In this document: in pieces, positions 33,322 through 44,346 of the stretch | How the letters are laid out: each line of letters begins with the position of its first letter | Numbering within the stretch: the first letter of the stretch is position 1 | NCBI GenBank assembly: GCA_051745285.1 | Contig: JBNJDX010000005.1 | Location: 303-64,302, forward strand | DNA length: 64,000 bases | Source of the DNA: Spirochaetota bacterium | Lineage (GTDB): Bacteria; Spirochaetota; Spirochaetia; CAKZLE01 | Direction: 5' to 3' | Translations under genes and position numbers: made by a program | The notes under the pieces: model-generated | What the model saw: only the letters and a program-made list of their open reading frames with translations | Told to the model about the DNA's origin: nothing | Database searches by the model: none

Positions 33322-33872
33322 TGGAACAGTATACACCAAGGATAAAGAAGCAGTACAGTGACAGTGTGGCTCCTGCACTAACCAAAGAGTTCGGCTATAC
33401 CTCTACAATGGAGATCCCCACGATAAAGAAGATCTCATTGAGTGCCGGTGTGGGTGAGGCGCTGGAAAACAAGAAGCTGCTTGATTCGGCTGTGAAGGAA
33501 CTGGAGCTGATCACAGGTCAGCACGCTGTGAAAACCAGAGCTCGTAAGTCAATCGCTAACTTCAAGGTCCGTCAGGGACAGGAGATAGGGACGACAGTGA
33601 CCTTGCGAGGATATAAAATGTGGGAGTTTTTTGATCGTCTCGTTCATACTGCGCTCCCGCGTGTCAAAGACTTTCGCGGCGTGAGCCCGAATGCCTTTGA
33701 CGGTCAGGGAAATTACTCGCTCGGTGTAAGAGAGCAGATTATTTTTCCCGAGATCGATTACGATCAGATAGAACGGGTTAGCGGACTGAATATAACCATT
33801 GTAACATCCGCTAAAACTGATGAAGAGGGGCTTAGCCTGCTGACAAAGCTTGGCATGCCGTTCAGCAAATAG
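33321..33872 (+). CDS. rplE: 50S ribosomal protein L5
   Basis: 183 aa. ATG overlaps the rplX stop (TAATG). Confidence 0.96.
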   Translation: MEQYTPRIKKQYSDSVAPALTKEFGYTSTMEIPTIKKISLSAGVGEALENKKLLDSAVKELELITGQHAVKTRARKSIANFKVRQGQEIGTTVTLRGYKMWEFFDRLVHTALPRVKDFRGVSPNAFDGQGNYSLGVREQIIFPEIDYDQIERVSGLNITIVTSAKTDEEGLSLLTKLGMPFSK

Positions 33873-33886
33873 GTTGGGAGTAGATC

Positions 33887-34072
33887 ATGGCGAAGAAATC
33901 AATGATTATAAAGGCCCAGAGAGAGCCCAAGTACAGCACAAGGAAAGTAAACCGCTGCCGAATATGTGGCCGACCTCGCGGGTACATGAGAAAATTTCAG
34001 ATGTGCAGGGTCTGCTTTCGAAAACTTGCCAGTGAAGGTAAGATCCCTGGTGTTACGAAATCCAGCTGGTAG
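33887..34072 (+). CDS. rpsN: 30S ribosomal protein S14, zinc-binding type Z
   Basis: 61 aa with CRICGRPRG ... CRVCFR (CxxC/CxxC). Confidence 0.95.
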   Translation: MAKKSMIIKAQREPKYSTRKVNRCRICGRPRGYMRKFQMCRVCFRKLASEGKIPGVTKSSW

Positions 34073-34081
34073 GAGAGTGAA

Positions 34082-34480
34082 ATGGCTATAAGTGATCCTG
34101 TTGCAGATATGTTGACGAAAGTGAGAAATGCTAGTCTCGCCAAACACGAAAAGGTGGATGTGTCGACATCGAAACTGAAACTGCAAATTGTAAAGATCCT
34201 CAAAAATGAGGGATATATAAAGAATTTCAAGAAGGTTACCAAGGACAATGTAAATTACATCCGAGTCTTCTTGAAGTATGACGACGATCAGAAGCCGGTT
34301 TTGCATGGAATTGAAAAGATTTCCACGCCCGGACGGCGTGTCTATTCGGGCTACCGGAAGTTACCGAGAGTGTTCAATGGACATGGTGTAGTTGTTGTCT
34401 CTACTTCAAGTGGAGTGTTAACCGGCAAAAAAGCAAGTGATCAGAAGGTCGGCGGCGAGCTGATCTGTTCGATCTGGTAA
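34082..34480 (+). CDS. rpsH: 30S ribosomal protein S8
   Basis: 132 aa ([15 protein letters not shown]). Confidence 0.96.
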   Translation: MAISDPVADMLTKVRNASLAKHEKVDVSTSKLKLQIVKILKNEGYIKNFKKVTKDNVNYIRVFLKYDDDQKPVLHGIEKISTPGRRVYSGYRKLPRVFNGHGVVVVSTSSGVLTGKKASDQKVGGELICSIW

Positions 34481-34491
34481 GGTGGTGAACT

Positions 34492-35031
34492 ATGTCTCGA
34501 ATTGGTAAATTGCCTGTGAAGATACCTGAGGGTGTGAAGGTCTCCGTGAAGGGCGAACTGATCACCGTAGAGGGACCGAAAGGGAAACTGGTTCAAAACC
34601 ATGACCAACATGTCAAAATCAAGGTGGAAGACGACAAGGTTGTGGTCGATCGAAAAGGTGAGAGTCGTAAAGCCCGTGGTTTTCATGGCCTCTACCGACA
34701 GCTGGTCCAGAATATGGTGACCGGTGTTTCAACCGGCTTTTCACGGTCTCTGCTCATCAATGGTGTTGGGTTCAGAGCTGAAGTAAAGGGAAATATTCTG
34801 TATCTCAATCTGGGGTTCTCAAATCAGATTGAATACGTGATTAATGAGGATATCTCTATCGCATGCGAAGGACAGACAAAGGTCATCGTATCGGGTATAG
34901 ATAAGCAGAAGGTCGGTCAGGCATGTGCTGAAATTCGGTCCCTGCGTCCACCTGAGCCATACAAAGGCAAGGGTGTGAAGTATGAGGATGAAACTGTGAA
35001 GCGCAAGATCGGCAAATCCGGCGTTAAGTAG
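34492..35031 (+). CDS. rplF: 50S ribosomal protein L6
   Basis: 179 aa (MSRIGKLPVKIPEGV). Confidence 0.96.
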   Translation: MSRIGKLPVKIPEGVKVSVKGELITVEGPKGKLVQNHDQHVKIKVEDDKVVVDRKGESRKARGFHGLYRQLVQNMVTGVSTGFSRSLLINGVGFRAEVKGNILYLNLGFSNQIEYVINEDISIACEGQTKVIVSGIDKQKVGQACAEIRSLRPPEPYKGKGVKYEDETVKRKIGKSGVK

Positions 35032-35040
35032 GGTGCATCA

Positions 35041-35400
35041 ATGAAGCGATTAGAAGAAAAACGTAGAAAACGTGGAAGAAGAAAGGCTCATATCAGGAAA
35101 CGCATTACTGGTACTGCCCAGAAACCGCGCTTGAGCATATACAGGAGTAACCGTCATCTGTATATACAGGCCATTGACGATATTGCCGGGAACACGATTG
35201 TATCAGCGAGCAATGTCGAGGCTGATTTCAAGGATCTGACCAATACGGTTGAAAACGCAGAAAAAATTGGTCAGGCTATCGGCGAGCGGCTTTTGGCGAA
35301 GAAAATTGATACTGCAGTGTTTGACCGTAACGGCTTTCTCTATCACGGGATTGTAAAGAGCGCTGCTGACGGTGCAAGAAAAGCTGGACTGAAGTTCTAG
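35041..35400 (+). CDS. rplR: 50S ribosomal protein L18
   Basis: 119 aa (RLSIYRSNRHLYIQAIDD). Confidence 0.95.
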   Translation: MKRLEEKRRKRGRRKAHIRKRITGTAQKPRLSIYRSNRHLYIQAIDDIAGNTIVSASNVEADFKDLTNTVENAEKIGQAIGERLLAKKIDTAVFDRNGFLYHGIVKSAADGARKAGLKF

Positions 35401-35406
35401 GGGGAT

Positions 35407-35904
35407 ATGGTGGAAAATTCCAGAGATCAAGAATATATGGAAAAGCTGATAAAGCTCAATCGTGTTGCAAAGGTTGTGAAGGGAGGACGACGTTTCTCTT
35501 TTTCAGCCCTTGTAGTGGTGGGTGACGGCAACGGTCGAGTCGGCTATGGGTTCGGCAAGGCAAATGATGTGGCAGAAGCCATTCGAAAGAGTATTGAAAA
35601 GGCCAAAAAGAGCATGATTACCGTACCCCTGAAACGGGTGACGATTCCTCATGAGATTGTTGGTGAGTATAAGAGTGCAAGGGTTCTGCTGCGTCCGGCT
35701 GCACCCGGTACCGGAGTTATTGCCGGTGGACCGGTACGTGCTGTCATGGATGCCTGCGGAGTGCATGATATTCTGGCCAAATCACTTGGTTCGAAAAATA
35801 CGCTGAACATTGTAAAAGCTGTGTTCAACGGGCTTGAGAATATCTTTGACGCAAGAGAGCTGGCAAATAGCCGGGGAAAGACTCTTAACGATATGTGGGG
35901 TTAG
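35407..35904 (+). CDS. rpsE: 30S ribosomal protein S5
   Basis: 165 aa ([32 protein letters not shown]). Confidence 0.96.
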   Translation: MVENSRDQEYMEKLIKLNRVAKVVKGGRRFSFSALVVVGDGNGRVGYGFGKANDVAEAIRKSIEKAKKSMITVPLKRVTIPHEIVGEYKSARVLLRPAAPGTGVIAGGPVRAVMDACGVHDILAKSLGSKNTLNIVKAVFNGLENIFDARELANSRGKTLNDMWG

Positions 35905-35906
35905 AC

Positions 35907-36104
35907 ATGGCGAAAAAGAAGGTTGATAAGATACGTATTGAACTTGTCAGGAGCGTGATCGGTAGAAAACCGCAGCAGCGCAAGACTGTCAAAGCTCTCG
36001 GTCTCGGTAAAATTAACAGCTCCGTGGAGCGTGAGGATACCCCGGTCGTAAGAGGTATGGTCAAAACCGTTTCGCACCTTGTGAAAGTCGAGGAGATGAA
36101 ATAG
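35907..36104 (+). CDS. rpmD: 50S ribosomal protein L30
   Basis: 65 aa from ATG 35907 ([19 protein letters not shown]). The track start 35895 overlaps rpsE. Confidence 0.9.
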   Translation: MAKKKVDKIRIELVRSVIGRKPQQRKTVKALGLGKINSSVEREDTPVVRGMVKTVSHLVKVEEMK

Positions 36105-36105
36105 G

Positions 36106-36537
36106 ATGGGACAGATAAAGGCGCCCGTTGGGGCAAACACTAAAAAAACAATTATTGGTCGCGGAAAAAGCTCGAAAGGCCGGTCTTCCGGACGCGGGCA
36201 TGACGGCCAGAATTCTCGATCAGGCGGCGGCGTTCGACCAGGATTTGAAGGTGGTCAGATGCCCATCTATCGAAGACTTGCCCGCAAGGGTTTTTCGAAC
36301 TTCCCGTTCAAACGGGAGTATACTGCCGTTTCGCTAGGAGAAATTGCCAAGCATTTTGCTGATGGTGATGAGGTTACCCCTGAGGCTTTGAAAGAAAAGC
36401 GTATTATCAAGGGGAAACACACGGTGGCAAAGATTCTCGGCGACGGGGATATTGATAAAAAGGTAACGGTCAAAGGACTGAAAACATCCAGCAGTGCAGC
36501 AGAGAAAATAACTGCTGCAGGTGGGGAAGTACTTTAA
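36106..36537 (+). CDS. rplO: 50S ribosomal protein L15
   Basis: 143 aa. Gly/Arg-rich N-terminus (GRGHDGQNSRSGGG). Confidence 0.95.
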   Translation: MGQIKAPVGANTKKTIIGRGKSSKGRSSGRGHDGQNSRSGGGVRPGFEGGQMPIYRRLARKGFSNFPFKREYTAVSLGEIAKHFADGDEVTPEALKEKRIIKGKHTVAKILGDGDIDKKVTVKGLKTSSSAAEKITAAGGEVL

Positions 36538-36555
36538 ACAAATAAGAGGGGATCG

Positions 36556-37875
36556 ATGGCAAACTCATTAATTGAGGTTTTCAGAATAAAAGAGCTCCGA
36601 AAAAGAATTGGTTTTACTGCGCTCATGCTGACGATATTCCGTTTGGGCACTGTTATTCCGATTCCCGGTATTAATGTAAATGCTCTGCGAGTCTATTTCG
36701 CTGCCGAGGGCTCCGCTTCTACGATTGGTCTGGTTGATTATCTGGACTTTTTCGCTGGCGGTGCATTCACGAACTTCTCGGTATTCATGCTCGGTATCAT
36801 GCCCTACATTTCAACGCAGATTATCATGCAGTTGTTATTGGTCGTGTTTCCGAAACTGAAGCGGCTTTCCGAGGAAGACGGCGGCAGAAAGAAGATTCAG
36901 AAATATACGCGGTACGGCACAGTGGTGATCTGTTTGCTGCAGTCCTATGTAGTGACGGTGTACGCCAAGTCGATTCCGGATGCCCTGAATATTGGGCTGT
37001 TGCCGTATACGTTAATTGCAATGCTGACGGTAACCACTGGAACCATGTTTCTTGTCTGGCTAGGTGAGCAGATAACTCAGCGCGGTATTGGAAATGGTAT
37101 CTCATTGATTATCTTTGCAGGTATTGTTGCCCGTATACCCAACGCTGTTGTGACGCTGGTGACCAATGTCCAGAACGGGCAGCTGAATCCAGTTGTTGTC
37201 ATTGTTGTCCTGGCGATGTTTGTAGGGGTTGTTGCTCTGGTTATCTATGAGCAGCAGGGGCAGAGAAAGATACCTGTGCACTATGCAAAGCGGGTTGTAG
37301 GGAGAAAAATGTACGGTTCTCAGAGTACATACGTTCCCTTCAAGATTAACCCGTCGGGCGTTATTCCGGTCATCTTTGCTTCGGCGATACTCTCATTTCC
37401 TCTGCAGATTGCTACTTCTCTGGGACCAGAGATTACATGGCTTGCAAATTTTTCAAACTGGCTGAGACCTCAGGGACTCCCGTACCTAATAATCTACACC
37501 CTGATGATCATCCTTTTTGCTTTTTTCTATACGCAGGTCACGTTGAATCCGACCGAGATTTCTCGGCAGATTCGTGAAAATGGCGGTTCAATACCGGGTG
37601 TGCGATCCGAACGGATAGAGGCGTATCTAACACGGGTGTTGAATAGAATTGTTTTTCCGGGTTCGTTGTTTCTGGCGTTTATCGCTTTGATTCCGACGCT
37701 TGTCCAAAAGTTTTTCAGCTTTCCATCTTCAGTGGCCATGCTGCTGGGAGGAACATCATTGCTGATTCTTGTTGGTGTTGACCTGGATACGATGTCTCAA
37801 ATAGAGGGACACATGAAGATGCACCATTCTGACGGACTGGTTCGGAAGGGCAGGATTAAATCGAGGAATTTGTAG
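36556..37875 (+). CDS. secY: preprotein translocase subunit SecY
   Basis: 439 aa, 10-TM profile. Position at the end of the spc operon. Confidence 0.96.
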   Translation: MANSLIEVFRIKELRKRIGFTALMLTIFRLGTVIPIPGINVNALRVYFAAEGSASTIGLVDYLDFFAGGAFTNFSVFMLGIMPYISTQIIMQLLLVVFPKLKRLSEEDGGRKKIQKYTRYGTVVICLLQSYVVTVYAKSIPDALNIGLLPYTLIAMLTVTTGTMFLVWLGEQITQRGIGNGISLIIFAGIVARIPNAVVTLVTNVQNGQLNPVVVIVVLAMFVGVVALVIYEQQGQRKIPVHYAKRVVGRKMYGSQSTYVPFKINPSGVIPVIFASAILSFPLQIATSLGPEITWLANFSNWLRPQGLPYLIIYTLMIILFAFFYTQVTLNPTEISRQIRENGGSIPGVRSERIEAYLTRVLNRIVFPGSLFLAFIALIPTLVQKFFSFPSSVAMLLGGTSLLILVGVDLDTMSQIEGHMKMHHSDGLVRKGRIKSRNL

Positions 37876-37884
37876 AGGTACACT

Positions 37885-37998
37885 ATGAAAGTGAGAGCAA
37901 GCGTGAAACCGATTTGTGACAGATGCAAAGTTATACGGCGCCGAGGGATTGTCCGTATTGTCTGTGACAACCCCAAGCACAAGCAGAGACAGAGATAG
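37885..37998 (+). CDS. rpmJ: 50S ribosomal protein L36
   Basis: 37-aa ORF, below the track cutoff: [37 protein letters not shown]. Confidence 0.92.
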   Translation: MKVRASVKPICDRCKVIRRRGIVRIVCDNPKHKQRQR

Positions 37999-38069
37999 CA
38001 GCCGCACAGTGTTGCTGCTATGAGATGGATACATTGATATATATGAGAATGATATAGGAGGCCAGTTAC

Positions 38070-38435
38070 ATGGCGAGAATTGCAGGTATTGATCTTCCTA
38101 ACAAGGCAATAAAGATCTCTTTGACCTACATCTTTGGAATCGGTCGTTCATCGGCGCTGGAAATTTGTAATAAGACTGGAGTCGACCCTGATAAGAGAAC
38201 TAATGAGCTTACAGGGGATGAAATTAATGAACTGAGAAAGTTTATTGAAAACGACTACAAGGTTGAAGGTCGACTGAGAACCGAGACAGCCCTTAACATT
38301 AAGAGGTTAATGGATATCGGTTGTTACCGCGGTCTGCGGCATCGAAGAGGTCTTCCTGTGCACGGGCAGAGGACGAAAACCAATGCACGTACACGTAAGG
38401 GTAAGAAGAAGACTGTTGCCGGTAAGAAGAAATAA
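38070..38435 (+). CDS. rpsM: 30S ribosomal protein S13
   Basis: 121 aa ([10 protein letters not shown]). SD AGGAGG. Confidence 0.96.
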   Translation: MARIAGIDLPNKAIKISLTYIFGIGRSSALEICNKTGVDPDKRTNELTGDEINELRKFIENDYKVEGRLRTETALNIKRLMDIGCYRGLRHRRGLPVHGQRTKTNARTRKGKKKTVAGKKK

Positions 38436-38449
38436 GAGGAGATAAGACA

Positions 38450-38827
38450 TTGGCGAAGGCTAAGAGAAAAAGCAAGAAGACTGTCTACGAGGGACGGGTG
38501 TTTATACAGGCTACGTTCAACAATACAATCGTGACAGTTACTGACTTGAGAGGAAATACTGTTTCATGGGCAAGTGCCGGTGGCCTTGGGTTCCGTGGAG
38601 CGAAGAAATCTACTCCTTATGCTGCGCAGACGACTGCAGAGACTGCAGCCCGAAAGGCCATGGATTATGGTCTTCGTGAGGTGCATGTGCTGGTAAAGGG
38701 CCCTGGAGTCGGGAGAGAATCCGCAATCAGATCCCTTGGAAACATTGGACTGGCGGTAAGAAGTATTCGGGATGTAACACCTATTCCGCACAACGGCTGC
38801 CGTCCGCGGAAAAGCCGAAGAGTCTAA
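38450..38827 (+). CDS. rpsK: 30S ribosomal protein S11
   Basis: 125 aa, TTG start ([14 protein letters not shown] ... [10 protein letters not shown]). Confidence 0.95.
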   Translation: MAKAKRKSKKTVYEGRVFIQATFNNTIVTVTDLRGNTVSWASAGGLGFRGAKKSTPYAAQTTAETAARKAMDYGLREVHVLVKGPGVGRESAIRSLGNIGLAVRSIRDVTPIPHNGCRPRKSRRV

Positions 38828-38842
38828 AGGAGTAGTTGAGAT

Positions 38843-39478
38843 ATGGCAAGAAATTTAGAACCAAAATGCAAACAGTGTCGGGCAGAACAGACTAAACTGT
38901 TTTTAAAAGGTGAGCGCTGCTACACCGCTAAATGTCCCATTGCAAAGAAGTCAGGCAAACCTGGCAAGGCTCCGCGCGAGCGCTCTAAGAAAATGACTGA
39001 CTACGGAATCCAGCTTCGCGAGAAACAGAAGCTGAAACGAACATATTGTATGCTCGAAAAGCAGTTCAAGCTGACCTTTGACGAAGCAGACCGTCAGGCA
39101 GGCAAAACTGGTGAGAACCTGATTGTACTGCTTGAGAGACGACTTGATAATATTGTTTTCCGCCTCCACTTCGGTACTTCAAGAGATCAGGCGAAACAGC
39201 TTGTTTCTCACGGACACGTTCTGGTCAATGGAAAGAGAGTAAACATACCTTCTTTTCGAGTTCGAGAAGGCGATGAGGTGCAGGTAGCAGATAATTCCCA
39301 AAAGATGGTCACTATCAAAGAAGCTCTTAAGGAGTATTCAAAAGCAGGTGTTTCTCCTTGGTTGAGTCTCGATCCTGACACCATGAAGGGGAAGGTTTTA
39401 GCCTACCCACGCAGGAGTGAGGTCACTGAGTTGGCAAATATCAACGAACAGCTGATCGTTGAGCTCTATTCAAGATAG
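38843..39478 (+). CDS. rpsD: 30S ribosomal protein S4
   Basis: 211 aa. N-terminal Cys cluster (CKQCR ... CYTAKC) and S4 RNA-binding domain. Confidence 0.95.
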   Translation: MARNLEPKCKQCRAEQTKLFLKGERCYTAKCPIAKKSGKPGKAPRERSKKMTDYGIQLREKQKLKRTYCMLEKQFKLTFDEADRQAGKTGENLIVLLERRLDNIVFRLHFGTSRDQAKQLVSHGHVLVNGKRVNIPSFRVREGDEVQVADNSQKMVTIKEALKEYSKAGVSPWLSLDPDTMKGKVLAYPRRSEVTELANINEQLIVELYSR

Positions 39479-39486
39479 GAGTAATC

Positions 39487-40539
39487 ATGGCACGAAAGAA
39501 TTTATTAAAAGGATTCAAAAAGCCTAAGGGTATAACCTTTGAACACAGTAAGGTCGAGGACACCTATGGTATGTTTGTTGCATATCCGTTTGAAAGGGGT
39601 TTCGGGACTACTATCGGTAATACTCTTCGCCGCGTCCTTTTATCATCCATACAGGGGTATGCTGTGACCGCCGTGAGATTCACAAGCTACGATAGTGACG
39701 GGAATGCACACACCATATCAAGTGAGTTTGAATCCCTTCCTGATGTGGCAGAAGATACCCCGGAAATCATAGCGAATCTGAAAAAAATTCAGATTACTAT
39801 GCCTGAGAATGTTGAGGAACAGACTCTCATGGTAGAGTGCAAGGGGCCCGGAACGGTGACAGCTGCTCAGCTGGAAAAAAATACTATAACCATCCTCAAT
39901 AAAGATCTGGTGCTCTTTACCATGATGGAGGGAGCGAATGTTGATATGGAGGTCCAGATAGACCTCAACCGCGGTTATGTGCCTGCCGAGTTGAATGAAA
40001 AATATGTTGAAGAGATTGGAACTATCCCTATCGATGCAGTTTTTTCCCCCGTCATACGGGCGAAATACAGTGTGGAAAACACCCGAGTCGGGCAGCGCAG
40101 TGATTACGACAAGCTGATTCTTGAGGTCTACACAAACGGGACCGTTCTTCCGCAGAATGCTCTTGCCGAGGCAGCAAAGATTGCAAAGGATCACTTTTCA
40201 ATATTTATCAACTTTGACGAGGCAATGATTCGAGGGAATGACGATGTCGACGAGGAAGAAGAGCGAGTCCAGAAAATTCTTAACACGCCGGTAGAGGAGC
40301 TTGAGCTCTCGGTGCGCTCAAGCAATTGTCTTAAGAATGCCGACATCCGGACCATTGGGGATCTGACCAAAAAGACTGAGGAAGAGATAGCTAAGACTCG
40401 GAACTTCGGCAAGAAATCGCTCAGTGAGATAAAAGAGAAGTTGAAAGAGTGGAATCTGAGTCTCGGGATGACAGATTACAGTGTGCTCAAAACTTCCATA
40501 CGAATACCAGAGAATAAGGAAGAAGATCATGAGGCATAA
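39487..40539 (+). CDS. rpoA: DNA-directed RNA polymerase subunit alpha
   Basis: 350 aa. N-terminal assembly domain and C-terminal domain ([23 protein letters not shown]). Confidence 0.96.
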   Translation: MARKNLLKGFKKPKGITFEHSKVEDTYGMFVAYPFERGFGTTIGNTLRRVLLSSIQGYAVTAVRFTSYDSDGNAHTISSEFESLPDVAEDTPEIIANLKKIQITMPENVEEQTLMVECKGPGTVTAAQLEKNTITILNKDLVLFTMMEGANVDMEVQIDLNRGYVPAELNEKYVEEIGTIPIDAVFSPVIRAKYSVENTRVGQRSDYDKLILEVYTNGTVLPQNALAEAAKIAKDHFSIFINFDEAMIRGNDDVDEEEERVQKILNTPVEELELSVRSSNCLKNADIRTIGDLTKKTEEEIAKTRNFGKKSLSEIKEKLKEWNLSLGMTDYSVLKTSIRIPENKEEDHEA

Positions 40540-40975
40540 AGTAGGCTATAACAGACTAGACAGAAAGACTAGCCACCGCATGGCAATGAAGCGGAATATG
40601 GTAATCTCATTACTGCGTTACGAACGGATTACAACCACTAAGGCCAAGGCTCTTGAGGTGAGACGTGACGCTGAAAAAATGATTACCCGCGCAAAGGTCG
40701 ATTCTGTTCATAACCGGAGAGTTGTGGCAAAAGATGTAAATGACAAGGCAGTTCTTAACAAGCTGTTTACTGAGATTGGTCCGATGTTTGCTAAACGTCC
40801 AGGTGGCTATACGCGTATCCTGAAGATTGGACAGCGACAGGGTGATGCTGCTGATATGGTCATCCTGGAGTTGGTTCAGAAAACGGCGGAGGCACAGGAA
40901 GAATCCAAGCCTAAGAAGAAAAAGGCTAAAAAAAGCGAGACTCCTACCGAGGAGACCGCCGAAGCCTCTGAATAG
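40529..40975 (+). CDS. rplQ: 50S ribosomal protein L17
   Basis: Start at ATG 40529 ([17 protein letters not shown]), overlapping the rpoA end by 11 nt. Lys/Glu-rich C-terminal tail. Confidence 0.93.
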   Translation: MRHKVGYNRLDRKTSHRMAMKRNMVISLLRYERITTTKAKALEVRRDAEKMITRAKVDSVHNRRVVAKDVNDKAVLNKLFTEIGPMFAKRPGGYTRILKIGQRQGDAADMVILELVQKTAEAQEESKPKKKKAKKSETPTEETAEASE

Positions 40976-41003
40976 CAACCTGCCTGGTACCAACCAGAAG
41001 TAA

Positions 41004-41048
41004 AGACCGCAGACTGGGAAACGTTTCCTGGTTCCTGCGGTCTTTTTT
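41004..41048 (+). terminator. intrinsic terminator ending the ribosomal block
   Basis: AGACCGCAG/CTGCGGTCT 9-bp stem with an inner GGAA/TTCC extension, followed by a T-run through 41048. Confidence 0.75.
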
Positions 41049-41115
41049 CGGCCTATTAACTCAGAAATACAGTGTGTATGAGGGTGTGGCAGCCTGTTAT
41101 ACGTAGTGATTTTGC

Positions 41116-41144
41116 TTGACATTGCCCGAGTACTTGCATATTAT
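41116..41144 (+). promoter_or_regulatory. sigma-70 promoter of rny
   Basis: TTGACA (41116-41121), 17-nt spacer, TATTAT (41139-41144). Confidence 0.55.
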
Positions 41145-41172
41145 GGAGAAAAATAATATTTGGGGGAAGATT

Positions 41173-42702
41173 ATGGCTAGTATATTATTCATAGTCCTTC
41201 CTCTCATCGGTGTTATTCTAGGTTGGTTAATTCGTTGGCTGTATGCTAAGTTTCAGTTGTCATCAGCTGAACAGAAAGCTGCAAGGTTGAGTGAAGAAGC
41301 TATAAAGGAAGCTGAAGCAAAGAGTAGGGAGATTCAGCTTGAAACGAGAGATCAGCTGCTTAAAGAGCGGCATCAACAGGAACGAGAGAACAGAGAAAGA
41401 AGAAATGAACTGCAAAGATATGAAAAAAGGCTTTTGCAGAAGGAAGAAAATCTAGAAAAAAAACAGTCATCGCTTGAGCAGACAAAACGAGCGTTGGCAG
41501 ATCGAGAGGAAACAATAGCCCTGCGAGAGTCGCAGGTATCGGGTGAGGAAGAGCGCTGGAAGGTGGAACTCGAACGAGTTGCTGGACTCAGTACAGATGA
41601 GGCCAAGCAAATGATCATTCAGAGTATGGAGAATGAGGCTCGTCGGGATGCTCAGGCGCTGATTAACAAAATTGAACAAGAAACCTCGTTAAAAGCGGAG
41701 AAGATGGCCCGGGAGGTTGTTGTCTCTGTAATTCAGCGTATTGCGACCGAGGTGAGCTCCGAGATGACCGTGAGTTCGGTTAATCTGCCGAGCGATGAGA
41801 TGAAAGGCCGCATTATTGGCCGGGAAGGGCGTAATATCAGGACCCTGGAGACGCTTACCGGAGTGGATGTCATTATCGATGACACTCCCGAGGCTGTGGT
41901 AATCTCCTGTTTTGATCCTGTCCGCAAGGAGATCGCCCGGAAATCACTCGAGCGGTTGGTGCAGGACGGTAGGATACATCCGGCACGGATTGAAGAGGTT
42001 GTCCAAAAGGTCAGTAAAGAGGTTTCACGTGTTATAGCCGATGAGGGAGAGAAGGTTCTTTTCGACATTGGTATCACGAACATGAGCCAGGAGTACATCC
42101 GGGCACTTGGCCGGCTCTACTACCGAACGAGTTATGGGCAGAATGTGCTCTATCACTCGAAGGAAGTAGCTGTCTTAGCCGGGATGATCGCTGCGGAGGT
42201 AGGAGCTGATCGTGACATTGCCGTTCGCGGCGGTATACTGCACGATATTGGCAAGGGAATTGAGTCAGAAGGAGCTGCAAACCATGCGGAGATGGGAGCT
42301 GAACTAGCAAAGAAGCTAGGTGAGGATTCCCGGGTAATAAACTCGATTCTCTCGCACCACAATGATGTAGAGCCAAACTGTATTGAATCAATAATTGTTC
42401 AGATCGCCGATGCGATATCGGCATCGAGACCTGGAGCGAGACGGGAGACCCTGAACAATTATATCAAGCGCCTGGAGAATTTGGAGACCATATCCAACAG
42501 CTATGAGGGTGTTGATAAATCATACGCTGTCCAGGCCGGACGTGAGCTTCGGGTTTTGGTAAACAATGATACGGTCGACGATGTGGAGGCAAAAGAGCTT
42601 GCCAAGGATATCGCAAAACGTATTGAAGCTGAGTTGCGGTATCCCGGGCGGATCAAAGTAACAATTATACGCGAGACACGTGTGGTTGAGTACGCAAAGT
42701 AG
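41173..42702 (+). CDS. rny: ribonuclease Y
   Basis: N-terminal TM helix, coiled coil, KH domain (GRIIGREGRNIR) and HD domain (LHDIGK). Start at ATG 41173, after GGGGGAAG. Confidence 0.94.
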   Translation: MASILFIVLPLIGVILGWLIRWLYAKFQLSSAEQKAARLSEEAIKEAEAKSREIQLETRDQLLKERHQQERENRERRNELQRYEKRLLQKEENLEKKQSSLEQTKRALADREETIALRESQVSGEEERWKVELERVAGLSTDEAKQMIIQSMENEARRDAQALINKIEQETSLKAEKMAREVVVSVIQRIATEVSSEMTVSSVNLPSDEMKGRIIGREGRNIRTLETLTGVDVIIDDTPEAVVISCFDPVRKEIARKSLERLVQDGRIHPARIEEVVQKVSKEVSRVIADEGEKVLFDIGITNMSQEYIRALGRLYYRTSYGQNVLYHSKEVAVLAGMIAAEVGADRDIAVRGGILHDIGKGIESEGAANHAEMGAELAKKLGEDSRVINSILSHHNDVEPNCIESIIVQIADAISASRPGARRETLNNYIKRLENLETISNSYEGVDKSYAVQAGRELRVLVNNDTVDDVEAKELAKDIAKRIEAELRYPGRIKVTIIRETRVVEYAK

Positions 42703-42755
42703 AGAGTGAACGGTTGCTGTCCTTACGGGGGCGGCAGCCGGGAAAGATAGGAAGT

Positions 42756-43553
42756 ATGACAAAACAGCATATGAAGGTCCTGTTTCTTGGCGACATCTGT
42801 GGGCGACCAGGGAGCAGGGCCGTTTTTGTGGGGCTTCGCCAGATGATTAAAACGCATGGCGCGGATTTGGTGATAGCCAATGGCGAAAATACAACCGAGG
42901 GCTTCGGTATTACCCCTGATGATGCTGATCAGCTGTTCTCAGCAGGTGTAGATGTGATCACCTCCGGTAATCACATCTGGCAGCGGGAAGAGATCCGAGC
43001 TCGTATGGATCAGGATCACCGAATTCTTCGACCGGCCAATTACCCGCCGGGAGTTCCGGGGCATGGTTCGGTTATAATCGAGCGCCACGGACTGACTGCT
43101 GCAGTGATGAACCTGCAGGGGCGTGATTTCCTGCCCTCGACAGATTGCCCCTTCCGGGTTGGCCGGGAGCTGGCGCTTCAGCTCAGAAAGCAGACGAAAC
43201 TCCTGTTTGTCGATATGCACGCAGAGTCCACTCAGGAAAAAGAGGCCATCGGACTCTATCTTGACGGGCTTGTTTCCGTGCTTGTCGGAACGCACACCCA
43301 CGTGCAGACTGCGGATGAACGAATCCTGCCCGGGGGAACAGGGTATATAACCGACCTTGGAATGACCGGTGCTGCCCTCAGTGTAATCGGCAGTTCCCCG
43401 GAACTCTCGGTCCGCCGTCAGCTGACACAGATGCCGATAAAAAGCGAGATTGCCGATGATGCTGCTATGATCAATGCACTTGTTGCTACTGTAGATAGTT
43501 CTACAGGCCGCTGTCTTGCCGTCGAACGGATCGTGAACCACTACGGAGTATAA
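42756..43553 (+). CDS. ymdB: YmdB-type metallophosphoesterase (TIGR00282 family)
   Basis: MKVLFLGDICGRPG, GENTTEGFG, DMHAE and GTHTHVQTAD motifs. Immediately follows rny, as in Firmicutes. ATG 42771 is an alternative start. Confidence 0.85.
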   Translation: MTKQHMKVLFLGDICGRPGSRAVFVGLRQMIKTHGADLVIANGENTTEGFGITPDDADQLFSAGVDVITSGNHIWQREEIRARMDQDHRILRPANYPPGVPGHGSVIIERHGLTAAVMNLQGRDFLPSTDCPFRVGRELALQLRKQTKLLFVDMHAESTQEKEAIGLYLDGLVSVLVGTHTHVQTADERILPGGTGYITDLGMTGAALSVIGSSPELSVRRQLTQMPIKSEIADDAAMINALVATVDSSTGRCLAVERIVNHYGV

Positions 43554-43559
43554 ACCCCG

Positions 43560-44342
43560 ATGAAACGCATAAGCTTGCTTGATCGGTTGTGCCGTGAATT
43601 TCCGGACAGAGAACGTGAGCGTCTGCGGGCACTGATCGTCTGCCGGGAGGTCGCAGTCGATGGAGAAATCCTAACTGACCCTAAAGCACTGGTTGCTGCT
43701 GGTGCGCACGTGGCACTCCACCAGTCTTCGTCTTTTGTCTCGAGGAGCGGGGAGAAACTAGCTTATGCGCTGCGGGAGTGGACTTTCCCTGTTACCGGAC
43801 AGGTGTTTATTGATGCCGGGGCTTCTACCGGAGGGTTTACTGACTGCCTGCTGAGGTTTGGGGCAGAGCGGGTGTATGCTGTTGATGTCGGTTGGAACCA
43901 GTTGGATTACACTCTGCGGCGGAATCCACGCGTTGTTGCCATGGAGCGGACAAATATCATGCAAGTCGGTGCACTTGATCCGATCCCCTTTGCAGGGGTA
44001 GCCGATCTCTCCTTCCGCTCCCTCTCAGGGGCAGCCAGTCATATTATTTCTTTAACTTCTTCGGGCCAGCTCATTGCCTTGATAAAACCGCAATTTGAGA
44101 CTGAACATCGTCTGGAATCATTCAATGGGGTTGTCAGCCGACGCGAAGATCGTCACCAGATTCTCAGGGATACTGTCGCCCGCCTGCAAGACGAGGGAGT
44201 CTGCCTCAGCCGTATGGCAGCCTCCCCTGTGACTGGGAGAGGCGGTAATCAGGAGTATCTGGCTCTGCTTTGCAGTGCGGAGTCGAACCAGCAGGAACTC
44301 AGTAGCAGTGAACGCGAAAAGCTCATCAGCTCCCTGCCGTAG
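43560..44342 (+). CDS. tlyA: TlyA-family rRNA 2'-O-methyltransferase (hemolysin A)
   Basis: S4-like N-terminus plus FtsJ-type SAM site (FIDAGASTGGFTDCLL). Confidence 0.88.
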   Translation: MKRISLLDRLCREFPDRERERLRALIVCREVAVDGEILTDPKALVAAGAHVALHQSSSFVSRSGEKLAYALREWTFPVTGQVFIDAGASTGGFTDCLLRFGAERVYAVDVGWNQLDYTLRRNPRVVAMERTNIMQVGALDPIPFAGVADLSFRSLSGAASHIISLTSSGQLIALIKPQFETEHRLESFNGVVSRREDRHQILRDTVARLQDEGVCLSRMAASPVTGRGGNQEYLALLCSAESNQQELSSSEREKLISSLP

Positions 44343-44346
44343 GGTA

